Assembly (NCBI GenBank): GCA_043228905.1
Contig: JBHGNT010000021.1
Span: 11,656,001-11,720,000, forward strand
Direction: 5' to 3'
From: Azolla caroliniana
Taxonomy: Eukaryota > Plantae > Polypodiophyta
Length of the DNA stretch: 64,000 nucleotides
A model generated the notes under the pieces. It was given only the letters and a program-made list of their open reading frames with translations. It was not told the DNA's origin and did not search any database. Shown here in pieces: positions 12,477 to 25,945 of the stretch. The position numbers and the translations under genes are program-made. Each line of letters opens with the position of its first letter. Position 1 is the stretch's first letter.

Positions 12477-14031
12477 TGTCGCGAAAATACGACGAGGATA
12501 CGTGAACTTTGAGGCAGAACCCCGGGGCCTCCAACCGGAAGATATCATATTCGTATGATTATATTAAACAATTAATACAAAATGATAAAGATTCACAAAT
12601 TTCATTAATAAAGGGAAAGAAAGATTACAATCAATCTCAAGATTGAGATTACAAAAGTTTTATCTTAAGGAGATTGCTAAAATAATAGATTAGAAGAAAC
12701 TAAGATGGCTAGAGTAATAGATTAGAGGAAATTAAGATATGAATTCTATAGAGATTTAGGGTTCTTGTCTTTGATAAGAGATTATGGTTATATGAGTATT
12801 ATGGTTTCCGTAGGGAAGATTAGCGTTTTTGAGTGTTATGGCTTTCGTAGGGAAGCTTAGGATTAGGTTATATGAGTATTATGGCTTCCGTAGGGAAGAT
12901 TAGGGTTTTTGGATTCCGTAAGGAAATTAGGTTTTATGAGAGATATTGCTTCCCTAAGATAAGGGAGTTGAGAAGGAAAAGAAAAAGAAATATCATATGG
13001 AGAGAGCCTGAGTGTAAGAAAAAAAATGGAATATATATAGAGTTCTCCCTTGATCATAGCCTTTCCACTTTTTGTTGCATGGCCTCTACTTTTAGTTGCC
13101 TAGCTTTTTCTTTTAGTTGAATGTGACCGTCCACATGACCTTTACTTTTTGCATGCACTCCAACTTTAGTTGCTTGCGTCCACATGGCCTTTACTTTAGT
13201 TCTCTTCACTTTACTTTAGTTTGTTGCATGATCCAATCTTCCGTCCCTCCGTGTCCAACCTCGTCCGGTAGCCGGTTCCGCCCAATCGCCGAATCCCTCG
13301 CCGACCGGTTCCATTTTGCTTGCCGGCCAGTTCCAGTTCCGATTTTGCTTGCCGGCCGGTTCCGGTTTTACTTGCCGACCGGTTCCAGTTCCGGTTTGCT
13401 TGCCGGTTTCGGTTTCGGTTTTGCTTACCGGCCGGTTTCCGGTTTTGCTTGCCGGCCGGTTCCAGTTCCAGTTTGCTTGCCAGTTCCGATTCCGGTTTTG
13501 CTTACCAACCAGTTTCCAGTTTGCATACCGGTTCCGGTTCCGATTTTACTTACCGGCCGTTTTCTAGTTTTGTTTGCCAACCGGTTCCGATTCCAATTCC
13601 GATTTTGTTAACCGGCCGGTTTTTGGTTTTGCTTACCGGCCGGTTTCCGATTTGCATATCGGCCGGTTTTCGGATTTGCTTACCAGCCGGTTTTCGGATT
13701 TGTTTACTAACCAGTTTCCGGTTTTAGGGAATTTGGCCACCATCATCCATCAAGACAAAGTGGCCAAAGTGCTCTTAGCACAAATGAAAAATGAGGGAGC
13801 TCAAGGTGCTTATATAGCCAGGGCCTTAACTTTCCTATCTATGTGGGATAGTTCTAATTTCCCTATCTTCTCAAACTTTATTTTCACATAACTTGATATG
13901 TATTTCTCCATTATAGTAAAATACGTTTTGAAGCTCTTGAGTATATCCATCTTTCTATAGTAAGCTACTAATCTAATCTATAATAATTATTTCATTATTT
14001 TTTTACATAATGTGTGAAGATTCACACGACA
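12477..14031. mobile_element. Solo LTR (1555 bp)
   Basis: TGTCGCG...CACGACA with 4-bp TSD ACGT/ACGC; host integrase ELD|AKEA is restored on removal; related to the LTR end at 20611. Confidence 0.85.
13270..13725. repeat. Degenerate CCGG-rich minisatellite inside the solo LTR
   Basis: Many variants of gccggccggttccggttccg(a/g)ttttgctt. Confidence 0.85.
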
Positions 14032-15529
14032 ACGCCAAGGAAGCTAGAGAATTCTTCTCTAGGATGGGAATCAAACTATCTCTTACCATGGCGTATAATC
14101 CGGAAGCGAATGGGAAAGTGGAACGTGAACATGGACCGATTGTGAAGGCTCTAGTGAATGCTTGCAATGGGAAAATAGGAGAATGGCCACGTCTATTGCC
14201 ATTTGTACTATGGGCTGACAGGACTACTCATAGCATGGTGACGGGATACATGCCGACAGAGCTCATATTCAAACAGAAGTCGATTTAATGCCAGTGGAAC
14301 AAAGTATTGTTTCATGGTTTGCATTGCCATGGCAAGATGAGATAAGTAGAGAAGATCTTCTAGCATTGAGGATTCGACAGTTGGAGCGGAAGTTGGAAGA
14401 TATAGAAGTGGCTAAAGCGCAACTAAAGAATGCAAGGTTGAAGAATAAGAAATACTTCAACAAACGTAATCAATTTCGTCCGAGGAAAATCATTGAAGGA
14501 GATTGGGTGCTGGTCTACGACAGTAGCCTAGACAACCAACATAGTACGGCTCGAAAATTTTCACAACGATGGTTTGGACCATATGTGGTGAAGAAAGTGG
14601 AAGATAATGCAACATATCGTTTAGTAGAACTGGATGGTACACCACTTGTTTTGCCAATTGCAGGAAAGAGAATCAAGGTCTTTAAGAGAAGAGAGGCCCC
14701 AAATCTTGATCAAGGACGGCCTGGTCAAGGACGCGCGCGCATTTGCAGGTTGCAGTTTGATCGGCTATGGCGCACGGCTCGGTCACGACGTGTGCATGCA
14801 CGGAGGCGTGCATGGCTCGATCAAGGACGCGCGCTGTCACGTTATTACGCGCGTGCGTGGAGAAAGGCAGGACCACGGGGGTCTTGGACTAGGGAGTGAT
14901 GGAGCGTAGGAAGTCGTGCTTCACCGTCTCCGGGGCATCCCAGAAGCAATCGAAGAGAGAGAGAGAGAGAGCGTGCGCTTAACACCGACTCACGCACACA
15001 CACACACAGGCCAACCCGACTCACACCCTTAAGTACAAGAAATGCAGGAAAGGGGAAGCACCCGACACCAACGAAGACGCGAATATACACAGACAGACGC
15101 AAGCATATACATATATATATATAAAGAAGAATACATTCCCGGCGTCGGGCTGGACCGAGGTAGGTTACAGTAGTCGTCAGCTGCCAAGCCGCTGGTCGGG
15201 GAGCTCACGGGCGCGTCGCGCCGAGCGGGGTCTTGCGCAGGAGATGAGCTAAAGCAAGCCCTAAGCGAACACGAAGGGGAAGAAGAAGAAGAAGAAGAAA
15301 CTAACTCTAAACCTAACGGTATACCCTCTAATGCAAAATGGGCAACCCCCACAATGGTGCCTTCTCTCTCCTTTTATAGCACAAGGAGGGAAGACCGTTT
15401 ACAAAAGTGAGACTAAAATATCCCCTTTCATTCAAAGGGGATATTTGCCTTGATTTGGGGTAGGGTGAGATTGATGGCCCCTTAACTCCCACCTCCTCAC
15501 AAACAACTAGGTACCTATGTACCGGATAG

Positions 15530-15582
<53 letters not shown>

Positions 15583-16260
15583 GATGTGCGTACAACCACA
15601 TCACCTTTATACCTTTATTACTATTACAAATACATTATGTACGTGTGCAACGTTGCACATCGCTCTTTGGCTCTCGTTGCTCGGGTTTCCGCTTGTGGAC
15701 GAAAATCTTCACGACATCCGCCCCCACCTAACCGCACATCCTCCGGTATGTGCCAAAACATAGGGGAGAGAACACGAGATTTTCGGCCACGACGACTGAC
15801 CGAGTCCTTAGCGTCCTCGTGGGCCCACCCGGCTTTGTCTTCCACTTCGAGCAAGACCACCCCGTCCACACGAACCACCACCGCCTTCCGGCCCACCATC
15901 CTCGCCGAATGGTCTCGAACCGTCGGCGCCATCCGATCTGCCACACTCGACGATGTTCGCCGAGTCATTGCCTCCACCCGATCCGCCACCGACTACATCC
16001 GACCCGCCATATCCGATGCCCGTGCTTTCCTCCCCGTTCGGTCCTCCCGAACGCCGTCGCCGACCCGGTTGCTCTTCCTTTGTCCGCCTCGTATATCCTC
16101 TGGATGCGCTCCCGGTCGCATGCCGGATTCCGCCCTTTGCGTGCCGCACACCTCGGCGTGCCGACTCTCTCCGCTCCGCGCTTGCCTTCCGTAGGCTTTC
16201 CCCGTATGTCGATGTTGCCCTCCGAATGCGTGCTCGTGCTTCGGTCCTTCAATGACCCCA

Positions 16261-19062
16261 TCACGCGTTTTTCGCTTTCCCCTTTTTCGCCTCTCTCGTA
16301 GTAGAGCGTATCGTCATCCCGACCTCCGTGTCGGTGTCCCTCGAGGCTCTCGTTATCGCCTCGCCTCGACTTGCGCCCTCTTGGCCCGCTTGGCCTTGTA
16401 TGCCCTCCGGGAAGCCGTCGCGCTTTCTCTTCCCGGTGTGTACCCCGTTGTTCTCCGCGCATCTCCTCCGTTTTCCCAGATACGACTCTTCACTCATGCT
16501 AATCGTGCTCGGCCCATGTCGTCGATCTTGGTGTTTCGCCGCGCCGTCCTTCGTCCCGCGCTTGCCTCTCGAAGGCTTGACCCGACCGTCATCGTCGGTC
16601 AATCGTTGTCGCCCATCCGTTGTATGCATGCTTGTGTCTTGGCCCTCCACCGGCCGTATTGCATGCGTCTCGTGTCGTGCTTCCGCCGTAGACCCGACCT
16701 CCGCGTCGGTCTCCAACTCCTCGCCGCCACCCACCGCTTCTTCGTTCTCCTTTCGATCCGCGACCGCCGATGCCTCACGGGTAAGTGTGGAGGGTTCCTC
16801 CCACTCTCGGTTCACCACCAAGTCCTCGCCTCTCAAAGGCTCAATCGGTCCACCGTTTCCGGTCACTCGTTGACGCTCTCTCGGATGCATGCTCGTTCTT
16901 GGGCCCTTCACCGACCGTAGTGCATGCCTCGTGTTACGCCCTTCATCCGCCGTAGACCCGACCTCCGCGTCGGCCACTTCTTCCTTTGTCACCGTAGCCC
17001 GTTCCGACCCGAGCTCGCCATCTTGGACCCGCTCGTCCATCATCTCATACCGGATACCCGCTCCGATAACTTTGTCCGCTTCGGCCTCCGACTCCTCGCC
17101 GCCACCCGCCGTCTCTCCAGTCTCACGTTGATCCGCAACCGCCGAAGTCTCTAGAATGGGTGTGGAAGGTCCCTCTCGCTCTCGGTCTTCTAGCAAGCCG
17201 TGATCACCGTGCCCACTAGGCCTCCTTCTCGCTCTCACCGACTCCCACCGTAACCGTACCCGGCCGGCTACGAATCGATCAAACAATCCCGGTCTTGCCG
17301 GCTTCCTTCGGTTCGTGCCCGGTTGACCGGCCCCCGCTTCACTCTTCTTCTGTTCCGCCTCCCGGTCGGGTCGGATTACCGACCGGCTCATCTTTCGGTC
17401 GGGTCGGTTCCCGACTCGCTCCTCGATGCCGCTCCGGACCTCTCCTTCGGTCTTTTCGCACGTGCCCACTCCGGGCCTCTCATCCTCACGGCCACCGTCC
17501 ATCTCCCCGGTCTTATGTCCGCGCTCGGGCGCAACCGCCGAAGTCTCCGGCCCCGGTGTCGAGGGATCTCGCCTCCGTCCGCTACAAACCTCCTCTTCAT
17601 CATTTCGGTTTCCCGCCTTGCCGCCGCCACCGTCCGTCTCTCTAGGTCTAACACCGGCTCTCGGGCCGGTTGCCGGAGTCTCTAGGACCGGTGTGTGGAA
17701 GGTCGCGGCACCGCCGCTCGTCTCCTCTTCTTCCTCGATTTCGCAAGCCTCGAGTATGCTCGCGAAATCCTCGTAGAACGTTTCGGGCAACCGCGTCCTG
17801 AAACTTTCGCCCACTCTCGAAGTGGCGTCCATTGCTCCGTAGATATCGGCCTCATCCATGGCCGTCCTCTTTCCACAAGTCGAGAGGGTCGCTCGCTCCG
17901 CACCCTCTCCCACATCGTCGCCGTGGTCGTCCGCCTTGCCGCTGCCACCGTTCATTACCCTAAGTCTCACGCGGGCACTCGGGCCGGCCGCCGGGGTCTC
18001 TTGAACCGGTGCGTGTAAGGTAGCAACGCCGCCGCTCGTCGATGCTATGCCCGTAGCCACCTCCATTCAGACATCGTCGTCCGTGGCTACCCCGCCTCCG
18101 TATATGCAAGCATCAATTATGCTTGCCGCCTCCTCTTCCATGGTCTCCATACCGTTGTCTCGATTGCCCGCCTTGCCGCCGCCACCGCCCATCGCTCTAG
18201 GTCTCACGCCGGCAATCGGGCCGACCGCCGGTGCTTCTAGGGCCGGTGTGTGTAAGGTCGCGGCACCGCCGCTTGTCTCCTCCTCCCTCGATGTTTCGGG
18301 CCGCCATGTCCCGAATCCGTAGTTACCGGCCTCCATGGCCGTCCATTCGCCGCAAGACGAGAGAGTCGCTCTTTTCGCACCCTCTCCCATGTCACCATCG
18401 TACGCTCTCCCGGCCTCCATATAGGCCCCGTCTTCTTCGTCTAGGGAGGCTTCTTCCACCGCATCCTCCGATCGCCTCCGGCCCGTCTCCATAACAAGCC
18501 CTTCTTCGGCTCCGATTTTCGCCTTCACAAGCTCGCATGCCTCCCGTATTAGCACCTCTAGGTCGAGCTCCTCTGAACCGTTTTGCGTTGAGCTCTCTTC
18601 CGGCGGTAGTGCGTACCCACTCACCGCTCTCTCTTCTCCGCCGATCGCGGGCCGTGTTGTGGCCGACCGCCTCGCATCATGTTGCCGGCACCCCCACCGA
18701 TCGAACTCATGTCGACCTCTTCCTTCCGGTTCCATGTACCCGTACGCCTCCAATAGGGCTCCCTCAAAGGACACCCACGACTCATGAGCTTCTCGTAGCT
18801 CCTTGACCTCCTTGTGCACCGATACGGCCGCCACTCGAGGAAAATACTCTAGCCGCATCGCCTCGTCTACGCCCCCTTTCGCCATCTCGGCATCGTACGC
18901 TTCCAAGAACCTCGGGACATCGTCCCCGTTGAATTGGCCGACTCGATCGACCACCCTCTCGACGGCTTGTTGAGCCACATCTCGCCTCGCCTTTTTCCGT
19001 CGCGCATCCATCATGATCTTTGCCATCATCTCCTCGAAGTCGAAGTCTTCTTCAATCTCCAT
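16261..19062 (-). CDS. Gag N-terminus fused to a long acidic Gly/Glu/Ala/Arg-rich repetitive region (331+601 aa, one in-frame TGA)
   Basis: First ~125 aa align by eye with the gag relic at 31622-32030 (GQFNGDDVPRFLEAY vs GRFEGKNATSYLETY). ORFs 18067-19062 and 16261-18066 are contiguous in frame. Confidence 0.6.
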
Positions 19063-19077
19063 GCTCCCTTGCCGCCC

Positions 19078-19095
19078 TTCACGTCGGGTTCACCA
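19078..19095 (-). other. Primer-binding site complementary to tRNA-Trp
   Basis: Plus strand TTCACGTCGGGTTCACCA matches the 3' end of plant cytosolic tRNA-Trp as I recall it; 4 nt from the LTR. Confidence 0.85.
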
Positions 19096-20611
19096 AAGAT
19101 GTCGCGTTATTACGCGCGTGCGTGGAGAAAGGCGGGACCACGGGGGTCTTGGACTAGGGAGTGATGGAGCATAGGAAGTCGTGCTTCACCGTCTCCGGGG
19201 CATCCCAGAAGCACACCAGAAGCAACCGAAGAGAGAGAGAGAGAGAGAGTGTGTGTGTGTGCTTAACACCGACTCACACACACACACACACGCACACACA
19301 CAGGCCAACCCGACTCACACCCTTAAGTACAAGAAATGCAGGAAAGGGGAAGCACCCGACACCAACGAAGACGCGAATATACACAGACAGACGCAAGCGT
19401 ATACATATATATATAAAGAAGAATACATTCTCGGCGTCGAGCCGGACCGAGGTAGGTTACAGTAGTCGTCAGCTGCCAAACCGTCGGTCGGGGAGCTCAT
19501 GAGCTCGTCGCGCCGAGCGGGGTCTTGTGCAGGAGATGAGCTGAAGCAAGCCCTAAGCGAACACGAAGGAGAAGAAGAAGAAGAAGAAGAAGAAGAAACT
19601 AACTCTAAACCTAACGGTATACCCTCTAATGCAAAATGGGCAACCCCCACAATGGTGCCTTCTCTCTCCTTTTATAGCACAAGGAGGGAAGACCATTTAC
19701 AAAAGTGAGACTAAAATATCCCCTTTCATTCAAAGGGGATATTTGCCTTGATTTCGGGGAGGGTGAGATTGATGGCCCCTTAATTCCCACCTCCTCACAA
19801 ACAACTAGGTACCTATGTACCGCATAGTATCTCTCTCTCTCTCTCGCGTGGATGTGCGTACAACCACATCACCTTTATACCTTTATTACTATTACAAATA
19901 CATTATGTACGTGTGCAACATTGCACATCGCTCTTTGGCTCTCGTTGCTCGGGTTTCCGCTTGTGGACGAAAATCTTCACGACAGCGCGCGCACAGAGGC
20001 GTGCACAGCTCGTTCAGGGACACGCGCGCGCACGGAGGCGTGCACGGCTTGGTCAAGGACGTGCGCGCGCACTTGGGTGTTCAGTCGCGACACACGGGCC
20101 AAACTTTATAGTTGATTGATCATATGGCCGAATATAAAGACGTTGCATACAACTAAAAATGGAAGCATGCAACTAAAAGTGGGGATGCAAAGGAACATCA
20201 AGGGCATGATCAACAAAGAAACCCATATATATTCCACTCCCTTCTTTTCTTTTCTTTTCTTTTCTTTTTCTTCTTGGCCCCCTTATCTTATTGAAGTCAT
20301 AACACTCAAAAACCCTAATAGTTTTATCGAATCCATCCCTTGAGGAAACCCTAACCCTAGTTTTCTCTTAAGTTATATTTCGAATAAACCCTAATTGTTT
20401 CTTATCTAAGCCATATCTCACAAACCCTAAACTTTGATAATCCCAATCTTGGGATTGATTGTAATTTTTCTCTTCTTTTGCTAATAAAATTTGCCAAACT
20501 TTCTCATTTCCGTTAATTCTTAATACATAAACGTACGAATTTGGTATCCTTTGGCCGGAGGCCCCGGGGTCCTACCTCAAGTTCACGTATCCTCATCGTA
20601 TTTTCACAACA

Positions 20612-21609
20612 CCGTGCACTATCTTCTCCTTCTTGGTTGATGACCCATCCAATTCCCATTGGGCTCGTATCTACCGTGACGTAGATGGTCATCCCTTCTT
20701 TGTAAACGGCTTTCCTTAAAGCTAGTGTTGCCACCAGCAACCCTTTTAACCTCTTCATTGCTACTGTGTGTATTGGTTCCCATTTGAATTTTCTCCTTTT
20801 TTCAGGAAGCTATACAAGGGTTCAGCCACATGAGCATAGTGCGGAATCCAAATGTGGTAGAACCCACATGCTTCTAAGAATCTTCGGACCTGTGTCTGCA
20901 TTCCACATTCTTCTCGCATCTCAGGAGAGGGTTTCCGTCCGTATGGTTCACAAAGATGACCCACTACTAGGATCTTGTGTTGGCCAAATGCCGATTTTTC
21001 TCCAGAGAATGTGAGCCCTGCGTCTTCTAGTCTTTTTAGCACTTTTTCATAGTCTTCAATATGATTTGAAGCAAAACTTCGACATCCATCTTGATCTAAA
21101 GACTCGTCCTTCTCTGATTCAGGGCACCCTTTAATAGGGATATCATCAAGGAAAGGCATTGTAATATCTGGGATGTAGTCTTTTAGTACTTTGTTCATGG
21201 CATTCATCATATGGGCCACCAAGTTAGTTGCTCCTTGTGGTAATGTACACATCCTTACTAGCCCGATGGGAGTCTGTATCGTTGTCATGTCCCGACTATC
21301 CAAAGACAATCCCACCATTACGAATGGTGACCTTGTTTACCGGTTGCAAATCTTGGATAAATCTAAGTGCTCCATTCTTCTTCGGCACCGTGAACCACCG
21401 ATTTGAATAAGACGCATTAGATGGCTCAAGGATTCCCATTCTAATCTTTTCCTTTAATAGTTCTAGCAATCTTGGAATGTGAGATCTTGGAACGAGAATT
21501 GGCTTCAAGTTCCATGGCATATGGGGTATTGTGAAGATAACCATTGGTTCCACAAGCATTGGGTCAACACATCCGATCTCTTGTGGGGAAAATGAAAATG
21601 CTTTCCGGT
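20612..21609 (-). pseudogene. pol: Gypsy pol relic C (RT-RNase H)
   Basis: KAFSFSPQEIG, PFLDDIPIKG, VTVDTSP. Confidence 0.85.
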
Positions 21610-24600
21610 TGTCGTGGTTATACGCGTATACGTGCAACAACTAAGGCAGGACCGCGGGGACCTCGGACCAAGGAGTGAAGGAAGAAGAAGGAGAAGAAGA
21701 AGACGAGGGGGGGGCGAAACAGGACAGCAAATGAATACTATAGATTACGGGAATAACAATACACAACCGGCTCGGCCGGAGTCAAAGCAAGGGGGCCTAG
21801 TCACACAACACACACAGACGCGCGTGAACATCAAGGAACAATGGGGAGCCTTTGTCGAGAGCACACGGGCTTCCTACACGAGCAGAGGCTTCCAACCAAA
21901 TCGTGCACCAAACAAAAAATGAGAGAGGGACAAAGAGGTCGATCCCCAAACCGACAGCACTTCGTCCTCCTCCAACGCGGATCCCCTCCTCAGTTCTCTC
22001 TCCCTCTTTTTATAGACCAAGGAGACTGAGAGCGCTTACATCAAGTAGTTAAACTGCCGCTTTGGACAGAGATTTCCCTCAATATCCGTGCTTCAAACTC
22101 CCATATTCCACTCTATCCATGCAAACATTTAAGTACCTATTGAATCCTAGTTCCTAGCACTTACTATTCCTATGTTATTTACATGAGTTTATACATAAAG
22201 CCATATTTGAGCACATCCACGCACATTCGGTTACTTTTTCCCCCGTAGCCAGAATTTCCCACGACATCCACCCCCACCAAACCGCACATCCACCGGTATG
22301 TGCCGAGAGAAGGAAGGCGGAAATTCCGAACGTTCGTTACTCATCACCCCCCTGATCTGTCGACCTCCCGGTCTACCCCCGGTCCATCCTGCTCGTCGTC
22401 CTCGCTCTTGTACTCCAGATCTGGCTCCTCTTCGTGCCGCTTCTTGAAGGCTTTTATCCGCTTCCCCACAACCAGTACCACTATCCTCGTTCTATAGAGA
22501 TCCGCACGGTGGTACTTGGTGTTACCGTTCGTGCTCGTCACCACGTAAGGCTTGAACCATCTCCTCAGAAATTTCCGCGTAGACTTGTGCTTGTTGTCGA
22601 GATTGCTATCGTAAACCAACACCCAGTCTCCTTCCTCGATCTTCTTTGGTCTCAGTCCGTGCGTTCAGTCGAACCGGTCCTTGTTCCTTTCCCGCGCCGC
22701 GTACATTTTTGTCTTCGCCCTTTCCACGTTCTCCGCTCGAACTGGCGAATGCTCACTGCTAGTAGCTCCTCTCGACTCATCTTATATGTCCAATTGATCG
22801 CCGCCCACGAAGAGATCGTCTGTTCCACCGGCATGATCGGCTTTTGCCCGTACATGAGTTCCATCGGCATGTACCCCATCACCGAACTGTGCGTAGTCCG
22901 GTTCGCCCATAACGTGTAAGTCAGAAGCCGTGGCCAATTCCCAACTTGTCCCTCACACGCCCTTACCAATGCCTTCATAATTGGGCCATGTCTGCGCTCC
23001 ACCTTCCTGTTGGCTTCCGGATTGTACGTCGTAATGAGAGAGAGCTTAACCCCTAAACGGCTGAACAGCTTTTCGATTTCTCGTGCATCCAGCTCCCCTA
23101 GATCGGCCACAATCTTACCCACGTACCCATATCGGCAAACCATCTCTTCAATCAGGAACCGACACATGGCCACGGTCGTCTTGTTCTGCAGTGCATGGCC
23201 TTCCACCTGGTTTGTTAGATCCTCCCGTGCTAACACCAAGTATTGCATCTACCCTACCCCCATCGGCATCGTGACTAAGTCTACCATCCACTTGAAATGG
23301 ATTGTCGGTGGGAAGGTCGGGTGTAACTCATCTTTGTGCCGGTTCACGGAATGCATCTGACAGCTCTCGCAAGTCATCACAAAGTGGTGCACGCCCCGGT
23401 ACATTCTCGGCCACCAATACTTCTCCTTCAGCTTCTCGAAGGTGGCCCACGTTCCACGGTGTCTAAACCAAGGGAGCTCATGGTACTCCAACAGCAGCGG
23501 CATCTGATCTTCCCTCCTTATCACTACACAGAGTGGAGTGCCGGTGCATTTCTTCGAGTGTCTCCATATTCTTCCGTTCCGTAGGAAGAACCGATACGTC
23601 TTCTTCCGGATTCGGTTTTCTTCATCTCTCGTCCATGCCGCGTCCGGTGTCATCGTGCTCAGAAACCTACCGATCCGGAGCCACTCCCCATCGTACCCGT
23701 TCTCATCAAACTCGTTCATGGCCTGAGTACTCCCCTTTCTCGCCATCATTTGAGTTGACTCGAAGAAGTCCACGCCAACTTCTTCGTCTTCCGACACCAT
23801 GCAGTCCTCGTCATCAAACGGCGTTCTCGAGAGCATATCGCCCATGGCATTTTCTTTCCCGGAGATGTGTTGAATCTCCGGACTCAAGGACTTGATGTAC
23901 GCGATCCACCTAAGCATAGCCAGCTCCGGAGTTGCGCATCCGGAAACCATACCGAGAATCAGTAGGTAATCCATCTTGATTACTACCTCTGCCCTGATCA
24001 AGTAATCCTTATCGGCCTTGACCACCAAAACAATACGCCAGAGCTCGCGCTTAACCTGGGAGTATCCTCGTTGCCGCTCACTCAACACCTTCGCTCTGAA
24101 TTGGATGGGGAACCTCGTGCCGTCTTCGTCTTCCTAATTGACCACCCATTCGATTCCGGTCGGACTCGCGGTGCCCCTCCCATAGACCGCCTTTCGGAGA
24201 GTCGACACCCTCTTCAGCCTCCGAACCGATTCCACGTGCTCTTCTTTCCATTCAAACCTATGGCCCTTCTTTAACAACCCGTAGAGTGGTTCCGTGATGT
24301 GCATGTAATGTAGAATCCAAATCTGGTAGAAGGCGCACGCTCCCAAGAATCTACGGACCTCCATGACCGACTTGTATTCTTCCTTCATCGTGGAGATGGC
24401 TTCTACCTTCGTTAGAGACAATTTCCGACCATACGGTCTGCACAAGTGCCCCACTACCAAGATTTTGGATTGCCCAAAAGCCGACTTCTCCCCGGAGAAG
24501 ATAAGACGAGCGCCCTCAAGCCTCTGCAGTATCTTCTCGTAGTCAGAGATGTGATCTACGACAAACCTCCGGCATCCATCCGGTCCAACCGATTCATCCT

Positions 24601-25322
24601 TAGCTTCCACCGGAAATCCTTGATTGGGATGTCATCCAAGAACGGCATGGTGATGTCCGGGATGAAGTCCCTCAGCACTTTGTTCATTGCATTCGCCATA
24701 TGCCCCACCGAGTTGGTCCCTCCTTGCGGCAGGGTACGCATCTAAACTAAGCCAAGAGGGATTCGCATCGTCGTGATATCCCTACTCTCCACGGCTAGCT
24801 GGAACTAGTCGTATCCTGAGTATAAGTCGCCAACTGAGTAGATCCACCTTCTGGCGAAGACCTCCGCGAACTCATCAATAGTTGGCCCAATTCCTGCGTC
24901 CCAGATGGTCACCTTATTAACCTGTGGGAGGTCCTGAATGAGGCGCAACGTGTCATTCTTCTTCGGCACCATGAACCATCGATTCGAATAGGGGGCACTC
25001 GAGAGTCGACGGCTCAAGGATATCCATCCCAACCTTCTACTTCAACAACTCCATCAACTTCGGGATGTGAGATCTCAGTACTGGAATTGACTTGAGACTC
25101 CACGGCACGTGTGGTACCGTGAAGATTACCATCGGTTCGACAATGGTCGGGTCGACGTGCCCGATCTCTCCCAGCGAGAATGCGAAGGCCTTCCCGTGCC
25201 TCTCAAGCATACTCCTGAACCGGTCCTCTTCCACCGCTAGTAGGAAGCCACCGCCACCGATATTCAGCTCTCGTAGCATCTTGTCGATGAATCAGTGTCC
25301 TATGCCAGCCGGATCTTGCAAG
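21610..25322 (-). mobile_element. Gypsy element D: 3' LTR (21610-22266), PPT, decayed pol
   Basis: TGTCG...CGACA LTR; PPT and 3' end shared with 15717-15755; integrase, RNase H and RT ORF fragments. Confidence 0.87.
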
Positions 25323-25579
25323 CTACAAATATGTCTTCTCTTTCGGTTCTCACCAGGTCCTCTTCATCCATAACCGGATCCTATCCAGAGGGATCGATTT
25401 TCTAAAAATCTCCCCCTTCACTACGGCATGGGATGTCTCGTCAACCCAATCTGCTTTCGGCACGCATACAACTTGTCGGTTGTCAACACCTTGGTCAACA
25501 TATCTGACCTGTTCTCCTCCGTGTGGATCTTCGTCAGCACGAACTCTTGATCTTCTACTCTCTCCCGGATCTAGTGGTA

Positions 25580-25945
25580 CCTCCGCTGGATATGTTTCGT
25601 CCGAGAATGGTAGGCAGCGTTCTTTGCAAGGTGGATGGCACTTTGACTGTCGCAGTAGAGCCGGTATTCCTCCTGTTGGATCCCTAGCTCTCCGATGAAG
25701 TCCTCCGCTGGATATGTTTCGTCCGGGAATGCTAGGCAACGTTCTTTGCAAGGTGGATGGCACTTTGACTGTCGTAGTAGAGCCGGTATTCCTCCTGTTG
25801 GATCCCTAGCTCTCCGATGAAGTCCTCCGCTGGATATGTTTCATCCGGGAATGGTAGGCAACATTCTTTGCAAGGTGGATGGCATTTTGACTGTCGCAGT
25901 AGAGCTGGTATTCCTCCTGTTGGATCCCTAGCTCTCCGATGAGGT
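25580..25945. repeat. 122-bp tandem triplication in copia RNase H
   Basis: cctccgctggatatg starts at 25580, 25702 and 25824. Confidence 0.9.

Larger units (their letters stand above)
10598..14710 (+). pseudogene. pol: Gypsy pol relic B (RT connection-RNase H-integrase), interrupted by two solo LTRs
   Basis: YGLLKK..FEW, LAREDLTNQVEG, YNPEANGKVER, WFGPY; the reading frame resumes across both insertions. Confidence 0.88.
14835..19984 (-). mobile_element. Complete non-autonomous LTR retrotransposon (no pol), Trp-primed family
   Basis: Highly similar LTRs 14835-15716 and 19100-19984, TSD GCGC, PPT at 15717-15730, PBS at 19078-19095. Confidence 0.93.
14711..20611. mobile_element. Truncated LTR related to 12477-14031, opposite orientation, split by the 14835-19984 insertion
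   Basis: Reverse complement of 20540-20611 matches 12477-12555; the ggtcaaggacgcgcgc repeats continue on both sides of the insertion. Confidence 0.7.

Noticed and set aside
13270-13725. CRISPR-like array
   Set aside because: No unique spacers, degenerate units, eukaryotic context.
13117-13891. ORFs with RFRF/PVPV repeats
   Set aside because: Translations of the minisatellite.
15517-18806. Many long plus-strand ORFs opposite the non-autonomous element ORF
   Set aside because: Expected shadows of GC-rich coding sequence; no recognisable domains.
15029-19650. Conserved MGVAHFALEG ORF present twice
   Set aside because: Simply the two LTR copies.
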